Shown: one piece after another, positions 58,172-64,000 of the stretch
How positions within the stretch are numbered: position 1 is the first letter of the stretch
Layout: each line of letters starts with the position of its first letter
NCBI GenBank assembly: GCA_902564345.1
Contig: CACFAY010000002.1
Span: forward strand, 7,858-71,857
Reading direction: 5' to 3'
Length of the DNA stretch: 64,000 nt
From: an uncultured SAR324 cluster bacterium
GTDB lineage: Bacteria; SAR324; NAC60-12
Position numbers and translations under genes: made by a program
Notes under the pieces: generated by a model
What the model was told of the DNA's origin: nothing
The model's input: the letters and a program-made list of their open reading frames with translations, nothing else
Database searches by the model: none

Positions 58172-58308
58172 ATGATCTTATCAGAAGCAATCAAATTACT
58201 CAAAGAATTGAGATTAGCTTCCATTTCAGCTTGTACATGATTTAAAATCTAACCAAAATCGCCAAAGTATTTTTTATGTAAAATTTATAAGAATAAAGGA
58301 GAATTAAT

Positions 58309-58500
58309 ATGGCTAAAATGGAGTTGGAAGTCGGGACCTGTCCCACTGGGATTTTGCTAGCACTGAAATCAGTTGATGGCAGGATGCATCAGGTCACAGC
58401 AATTGAAATGACAAACGACGAAGCGCTGGAAATTTCTAATCTGATTCAGAAGAGAGTTAAAGAGAACATGGATGCGCCCAATCCCTCTGAAGTAAATTGA
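58309..58500 (+). CDS. Hypothetical 63-aa protein
   Basis: ORF preceded by a strong AAAGGAG Shine-Dalgarno 7-8 nt upstream of the ATG. No family recognised. Confidence 0.45.
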   Translation: MAKMELEVGTCPTGILLALKSVDGRMHQVTAIEMTNDEALEISNLIQKRVKENMDAPNPSEVN

Positions 58501-58528
58501 TTATTTCACACACCTAAATTAAAAAAAA

Positions 58529-59806
58529 ATGACGCAGGAAAATAAAGCAGTATGGAGTTGGACAATGTACGACTGGGCAAACTCTGCGTTTGCGACCACT
58601 GTCATGGCAGGGTTTTTCCCTCTTTTCTTCAAAGCATATTGGGCTGATCCAGATTATCCCCTAGAGAGTACTTTTTATCTTGGTATGGCAAACTCAATTG
58701 CATCCATAATTGTGGCTTTGTTTGCACCTTTTCTAGGTGCAATAGCTGATCAAGGGAGTGCAAAAAAAAAGTTCCTTTTTATCTTTGCTTACATTGGAAT
58801 TATTATGACAGGAGGACTATGGTTTGTTGATAAAGGTTACTGGCAGATGGCTATATTGTTTTATGTTTTGGCCGCATTAGGATTTTCAGGCAGTAATATT
58901 TTTTATGATTCTATCCTTCCCAGTGTTGCTTCAGAAAAAAAAGTTGATTATGTCTCATCTCTAGGATTTGGAATGGGATATATAGGTGGAGGAATTCTTT
59001 TCATGGTCAATGTTGTTATGTATCTAAAACCTGATTTTTTTGGAATACCGGATGGAGCAACGGCAATTCGTCTTTCATTTGTAACAGTTGCTGTATGGTG
59101 GGCGATATTTTCAATACCAGTAGCAATATGGGTGAAGGAACCAGTAATAAACGAAAGAGTGGGAATTGTTTCTGCATTCCTTTTAGGTTGGAATCAAATT
59201 AGGAAAACATTTAAAGATATACGTCATATGAAGGTGGTAGGGATATTTCTTATTGCTTACTGGTTTTATATTGACGGTGTCGACACAATTGTAAAAATGG
59301 CAGTCGATTATGGTGTCTCATTAAATTTTCCTGACAGCGCCCTAATTACTGCATTGCTGATGGTTCAATTCATCGCTTTCCCAAGTGCACTCTTTTTTAA
59401 TTTGCTGTCCACAAAAATAGGTGTAAAACAATCCATAATGACTGGTATTATCGGTTACGGAACTATTACATTACTGGCTTACTTCATGTCTCAGATTTGG
59501 CATATGTACATGCTCGCTGCTTTGGTGGGATTATTTCAGGGCGGAATACAGGCGCTCAGTCGCAGTCTGTATACACGAATAATTCCTAAGGATAAATCTG
59601 CTGAATTTTTTGGTTTTTATAATATGCTAGGAAAATTTGCAGCTGTTATAGGACCTGCGATGATGGGCACAATTACTTTACTTACTGGGAATATTCGCTA
59701 TGGGATTCTTTCAATACTGCTGCTTTTCATTTTAGGAGGCTTTTTCTTGCTGAAAGTTAATATTCAAGAAGGATCAAAAATTGCGAATGATTACCTTTCA
59801 AAATAG
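58529..59806 (+). CDS. MFS transporter, UMF1 (Atg22-like, COG2270) family
   Basis: 425 aa with about 12 TM. The N-terminal WSWTMYDWANSAFATTVMAGFFPLFFK is characteristic of UMF1 transporters. Confidence 0.8.
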   Translation: MTQENKAVWSWTMYDWANSAFATTVMAGFFPLFFKAYWADPDYPLESTFYLGMANSIASIIVALFAPFLGAIADQGSAKKKFLFIFAYIGIIMTGGLWFVDKGYWQMAILFYVLAALGFSGSNIFYDSILPSVASEKKVDYVSSLGFGMGYIGGGILFMVNVVMYLKPDFFGIPDGATAIRLSFVTVAVWWAIFSIPVAIWVKEPVINERVGIVSAFLLGWNQIRKTFKDIRHMKVVGIFLIAYWFYIDGVDTIVKMAVDYGVSLNFPDSALITALLMVQFIAFPSALFFNLLSTKIGVKQSIMTGIIGYGTITLLAYFMSQIWHMYMLAALVGLFQGGIQALSRSLYTRIIPKDKSAEFFGFYNMLGKFAAVIGPAMMGTITLLTGNIRYGILSILLLFILGGFFLLKVNIQEGSKIANDYLSK

Positions 59807-59935
59807 GTTTCTTAACAATGTAAGTTCCACCCTATTTATATTAAAAAAAGACTCTCAACTTAATTAATTTATATTTAAAATAATTTTTGAAGTGATAAAA
59901 TTTTTTTAGATAATTCGGTTTTAATCCCATAAAGG

Positions 59936-60328
59936 CTAAAAAGGTAAATCATCTGTTTCATCATTATCCAGCCAACCCGGTTTCTCTTCATGAATAGGTG
60001 CTGACTTACCGCTGTCTTGAATAACTTGAGATGGAGTTTTCGCAACTTCCTTCTCAGCAACAAGTTTCCACGCCTGAAGAGAATTAAAATATTTCACTTG
60101 TCCTTGTGGACTTGTCCATTCTCTTCCCCTTAAATCAAAGTGAACTTCAACTTCCTGTCCTTCATGGAATTCGTCAAGTAATTCACAGCGGTCCTGAACC
60201 AATTCTAACTGAATTGGCTGAGGATATTCCGGATTACTCGAATATTCCAAAACAAATTCACGCTTGCGAAAGCGATCTGAAATTTGAACTGTTTCTAATA
60301 TTTTTTTTATCACACCTTTGATTTCCAT
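59936..60328 (-). CDS. DUF3127-family (OB-fold-like) protein with SSB-type acidic C-terminal tip
   Basis: MEIKGVIKKILETVQISDRFRKREFVLEY...QLELVQDRCELLDEF.EGQEVEVHFDLRGREW......YFNSLQAWKL matches my recollection of the DUF3127 pattern. The protein ends ...DNDETDDLPF. Confidence 0.65.
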   Translation of the reverse strand: MEIKGVIKKILETVQISDRFRKREFVLEYSSNPEYPQPIQLELVQDRCELLDEFHEGQEVEVHFDLRGREWTSPQGQVKYFNSLQAWKLVAEKEVAKTPSQVIQDSGKSAPIHEEKPGWLDNDETDDLPF

Positions 60329-60359
60329 AATTATTTATTATTACTTAAGGATCTTATAT

Positions 60360-61526
60360 TTACTGAAGTTGGTTTTCAACTAGCGTTGCCCAATAAGCTG
60401 CCCCAATCGGTAGGACATCGTCGTTAAAATCATATTTAGAACTGTGCAGAATACAACCATTTTCACTCTCTCCAAGACCAATTCCCAACCAAACATAGCA
60501 ACCGGGACAAGCCTGCAACATATACGAGAAATCTTCTGAAGCCATACTTGGGGTCGGATTTAGAACAACCTTATCCTTTCCTACCAAATCAACTGCGGCC
60601 TTTGCAGAAATATCTGTCTCAGTTACTGAGTTAACAGTTGCTGGATAACCATAAATGTAGTTAAGTTCACAGGAAGCTCCCATTGCATTACAAACACCTT
60701 CTGATATCTTTAACATTTTTGAAGGTATTTCTTGTCGAGTTTCGGGAAGGAAAGTTCTAACTGTTCCATGCATCCTAACACTATCAGGAATTATATTGTA
60801 GGCATCTCCTGAATGAATTTGAGTTACACTTATCACTAACGAATCTACGGGATGAGTACTGCGACTTGAAATACTTTGCAAGGCACTCAAAACATGGGAA
60901 GAAACTATAATAGGGTCAATGCATTGATGTGGCATGGCTGCATGCCCCCCTTTACCATGTATAATCAAATCAAAAGTGTCAGCTGCAGCCATAATAGGTC
61001 CAGATTTTATTCCAAAATGACCAGCTTCCAGTCCAGTCCAGTTGTGCATTCCATAAACCGAGTCAACCGGAAATTTTTCAAATAAACCTTCCTTAACCAT
61101 AATATCACCACCACTGCCACCTTCTTCTGCTGGCTGGAAAATGAAATGAACTGTACCTTGGAAATTTTTGCTATCTGCCAAATACTTAGCTGCTCCAAGC
61201 AGCATTGCGGTATGTCCATCGTGTCCACAAGCATGCATTTTACCTGGATTTATAGAAACATGTTCAAAGGTATTTTTTTCCTCTAGCGGTAACGCATCTA
61301 AATCGGCCCGTAAACCTATTGATCGTCCATCACCATTTCTGATGGTTCCAACGACCCCAGTTTTTGCAAGACCCCGATGGATCTCAATTCCAAATTCTTT
61401 CAATTTTTCTGTTACAAAATCTGAGGTCCGCTTTTCCTCAAAAGCTAATTCTGGATGCCTATGAATGTCCCTACGCCAAATGGTCATTTCATCATGAAAT
61501 TTTTCAATCTCTTTGATCACTTTCAT
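60360..61526 (-). CDS. M20D-family amidohydrolase (N-acyl-amino acid / hippurate hydrolase type)
   Basis: 388 aa. RRDIHRHPEL, MHACGHDGH and FQPAEEGGSGG motifs. Confidence 0.85.
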   Translation of the reverse strand: MKVIKEIEKFHDEMTIWRRDIHRHPELAFEEKRTSDFVTEKLKEFGIEIHRGLAKTGVVGTIRNGDGRSIGLRADLDALPLEEKNTFEHVSINPGKMHACGHDGHTAMLLGAAKYLADSKNFQGTVHFIFQPAEEGGSGGDIMVKEGLFEKFPVDSVYGMHNWTGLEAGHFGIKSGPIMAAADTFDLIIHGKGGHAAMPHQCIDPIIVSSHVLSALQSISSRSTHPVDSLVISVTQIHSGDAYNIIPDSVRMHGTVRTFLPETRQEIPSKMLKISEGVCNAMGASCELNYIYGYPATVNSVTETDISAKAAVDLVGKDKVVLNPTPSMASEDFSYMLQACPGCYVWLGIGLGESENGCILHSSKYDFNDDVLPIGAAYWATLVENQLQ

Positions 61527-62066
61527 TTTAATCCTTAGAATATTATTTTGTTTAAATAACTAAATACCATTTTTTATTAAAAAAATGATTCTTGCGATCA
61601 ACCCTCATTTATAGACGATATATGCATGATAGTCGATTGTTTCATGCAGAAGTTTTACATCTCAATTATCTAACTTTTTTTGAAAAATCCTTTAAATCCT
61701 TAAATTTTAGCAACCCAAAAAAATTTTCTGGAATCCACCAGAAAACTAATATTATCTATTAAAATTCAGATCCCATTGAAAGTAAGTCCTGCTGATTGAA
61801 GTGCAATCATTTAATTTAGTTGTATTAATTTTAAAAAATTATCCTTTTAATAAATGATTGTATATACTAATCTCCCCTTGATAAACTTGGCAAGACAGTT
61901 GTGTTTGGGGCCGAAAAGTTTAAAAAGAATGAGGAGTATCTATTTCCAGATTTGGGGGAATAAAAATATTTAGTTTTAAGCTTTGAGAAAAAAATTTTAA
62001 TTATTTATTAATTTGAATATGCACCAAAATTTAAAAGCTTATCCATATATGTGCTAAGGAGATTTT

Positions 62067-63701
62067 TTGAAAAATAAAACTACAATTTATCAAGCTAAGA
62101 TAATTATCACTATGAACAGTTATCTCCCTAAAGCAACTCATGTTGCCGTACGTGAAGGTAAAATCCTTGGGGTAGGGAATCTGGACCAGCTTTCCGGATG
62201 GGGAGAACATTCTCTCAACACTCGTTTTGCAGATAAAGTATTGATGCCCGGATTTGTGGAGGGTCACTGTCATGCTCCTGAAGGTCAAATATGGGACCAT
62301 ACTTACCTTGGCTACTTCGAACGCTATGACCCTGAGGGAAAATTACACCCTAAACTCGAAAACATGGATAATGTGCTAGAACGACTTAGGCGTGTGGATG
62401 AAAATATGGATGACAATGATGCACCACTTTTTGCCTGGGGCTTTGACCCCATCTATTATAACTCTGAACGAATGACAGTTAAAGACCTAGACTCAGTTTC
62501 AAAAACTCGCTGTATAATAATAATGCATACCAGCGGACACCTTTTAAACGTCAATAGCCTTGTTCTGGAAAGGGCAGGAATAGATTCCTCTACAGACGTT
62601 CATGGAATATTCAAGGATGAGGAAGGTAAACCTACAGGTGAATTGATCTCGATGGCTACTCATTACATTATTCAGAAAGTTGCTGGGATGCCTTTTTTCA
62701 ATTCGATGGACTCCAGAGGATTATGGCGTTTTTCAGCAATTGCGAGAAGAGCGGGTGTAACAACTGCTACCGACCTTGCAGCACGCTTTGACAGAGACAC
62801 CCTTGCTGCTTATCGAGAAGTAACTTCTAAAAAGGAATTTCCTCTGCGAATCGTTCCAGCAATGAGGATTCAAGAAATGCCAATTAAAGAAGGAATAAAA
62901 AAGATAAAAGAATTAGTGCAAAGTAATTCAGAAAAACTGCATTTTGGACTTTGCAAAATAATTGCTGATGGATCAATTCAGGGTTACACTGCAAGACTAA
63001 AATGGCCAGGATACTTCAAAAGCAGCCATGAAGGTGCTTGGTATGTCCCTCCTGAAACCCTCACAAAAATGATTGATGCATACCATTCAGAAAGTATTCA
63101 AATGCACATTCATACCAACGGAGATGAAGCAACAGAAGTAACCATAGGTGCCATAGAATCAGCACTTTCAAATAAACCTCATTACGATCATCGCCATACT
63201 CTTCAGCACTGCCAGATGGCTGAGGAAGCTCACTTTAGGCGCATGGCCAAGCTGGGCATTTGCGCAAACCTCTTTGCCAACCATATTTTCTACTGGGGAG
63301 ACCAGCACCTAGAACAGACAATGGGTCCTGATCGCGCTGTCCGCATGGATGCTACAGCTACAGCAAAACGGAATGGAGTCAATTTTTCAATTCACTCTGA
63401 CGCACCTGTAACTCCTCTAGGTCCTCTTTTTACTGCTTGGTGTGCCGTAAATCGACAAACTGCTTCCGGCAGAATTCTTGGGGAACATGAAAAAATTTCC
63501 GTTGAAGACGCGCTTCGAGCAATAACAATTGGCGCGGCATACACTCTCAAACTTGATCACCTTTTAGGAAGCATAGAATCTGGAAAGTTTGCCGACTTTG
63601 CAGTTCTTGAAGAAAATCCTTATGAAATACCTCAGGAATACCTTAAAGATGTTAAAGTATGGGGTACTATACATAGTGGGATTCCATATCCTGCAGAGTG
63701 A
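62067..63701 (+). CDS. Amidohydrolase-3 (YtcJ-like) metal-dependent hydrolase
   Basis: 544 aa. PGFVEGHCH, HIHTNGDEA, HCQ and SIHSDAPV metal-ligand blocks. TTG start with AAGGAG 7 nt upstream. Confidence 0.8.
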   Translation: MKNKTTIYQAKIIITMNSYLPKATHVAVREGKILGVGNLDQLSGWGEHSLNTRFADKVLMPGFVEGHCHAPEGQIWDHTYLGYFERYDPEGKLHPKLENMDNVLERLRRVDENMDDNDAPLFAWGFDPIYYNSERMTVKDLDSVSKTRCIIIMHTSGHLLNVNSLVLERAGIDSSTDVHGIFKDEEGKPTGELISMATHYIIQKVAGMPFFNSMDSRGLWRFSAIARRAGVTTATDLAARFDRDTLAAYREVTSKKEFPLRIVPAMRIQEMPIKEGIKKIKELVQSNSEKLHFGLCKIIADGSIQGYTARLKWPGYFKSSHEGAWYVPPETLTKMIDAYHSESIQMHIHTNGDEATEVTIGAIESALSNKPHYDHRHTLQHCQMAEEAHFRRMAKLGICANLFANHIFYWGDQHLEQTMGPDRAVRMDATATAKRNGVNFSIHSDAPVTPLGPLFTAWCAVNRQTASGRILGEHEKISVEDALRAITIGAAYTLKLDHLLGSIESGKFADFAVLEENPYEIPQEYLKDVKVWGTIHSGIPYPAE

Positions 63702-63730
63702 TTAGAATAACAGAATAATATATCTGAATT

Positions 63731-64000
63731 GATGAAAATACCAGTACCCTTCACAGTGATAGGAGGGTTTCTAGGAGCTGGTAAAACAACCCTCCTAAAT
63801 CACATCCTAACTCAGGCTGCTGGAATTCGCTGTGCGGTTCTGGTCAACGATTTTGGTGATCTAAAAATTGATGAATCACTTATTTCATCTCACGAAGGAA
63901 AGACCATTTCACTCACAAATGGCTGCGTATGTTGCAGCATTTCCAACGATTTCAACGAAACTTTGATCAACCTTTTAAATAGTATCGATGACTTTGACCA
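63731..64000 (+). CDS. COG0523 (CobW/YjiA/ZigA-type) G3E-family metallochaperone GTPase, N-terminal 90 aa; 3' end cut by window edge
   Basis: Hand translation: MKIPVPFTVIGGFLGAGKTTLLNHIL (Walker A) ... VNDFG ... GCVCCS (CxCC metal motif). The ORF is open to the window end. Confidence 0.8.

Noticed and set aside
61724-61745. Hairpin TTTTCTGG-aatcca-CCAGAAAA, and a scan of the 540-nt spacer (61527-62066) for a riboswitch, small ORF or tRNA.
   Set aside because: No recognisable riboswitch core is present. The short ORFs terminate within about 20 codons, including the read-through of one TGA. The hairpin is AT-rich and unaccompanied by other signals.
1-64000. Search for CRISPR arrays, tRNA/rRNA genes, IS elements, integrases and prophage genes.
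   Set aside because: I saw no regularly spaced direct repeats, no tRNA-like T-arm/acceptor pattern in any spacer, and no transposase, integrase or phage-type ORF. This is a visual scan only. tRNAscan or Infernal could still find a small RNA.

Overview
This is a visibly AT-rich, gene-dense chromosomal segment of about 55 CDS from a diderm (Gram-negative-type) bacterium. I cannot assign a lineage from the sequence alone. A selB gene shows that the organism decodes selenocysteine.

Most of the window is ordinary housekeeping:
- smc (5' end cut by the window edge) and hisD
- a small Fe-S/redox operon: monothiol Grx-rhodanese fusion, IscA-like protein and YggT
- a DapF-fold gene coupled to a LysE exporter
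- murJ, eno and selB
- a HAD phosphatase, an AcuI/YhdH-type reductase and a stand-alone TrpB2
- tyrA and yajC-secD-secF
- a polar amino acid ABC importer, an M20 carbamoylase-type amidase and a five-gene HAAT (Liv-type) ABC importer
- a GspE/PilB-family ATPase
- trpF followed by a fused trpE(G)
- an MFS(UMF1) transporter, an M20D amidohydrolase, and an Amidohydro_3 enzyme followed by a COG0523 GTPase (3' end cut by the window edge)

I saw no rRNA, tRNA, CRISPR array, transposase, integrase or phage genes.

Four regions are not explained by known families:
1. 12.8-16.1 kb: an extremely AT-rich spacer plus three ORFan genes.
2. 25.1-30.5 kb: a tight four-gene envelope cluster. It encodes a beta-barrel OMP, two ORFan lipoproteins (one with a perfect EF-hand loop), and a secreted protein that fuses a degenerate metallophosphoesterase-like domain carrying a PCGC motif to a tetrahaem c-type module.
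3. 45.2-51.3 kb: a 1073-aa TPR protein, a bitopic beta-sandwich protein and an orphan GspE-family ATPase.
4. 54.8-58.2 kb: a GspL/PilM-like platform protein with a long insert, isolated from any other secretion or pilus gene.

Region 2 is my best candidate for an undescribed system, but the case rests only on architecture and motifs. Smaller oddities include a DapF homologue with both catalytic Cys positions read as Ser, and a DUF3127 protein ending in an SSB-type DDLPF tip. All family calls come from motif recognition by eye; no database search was run.
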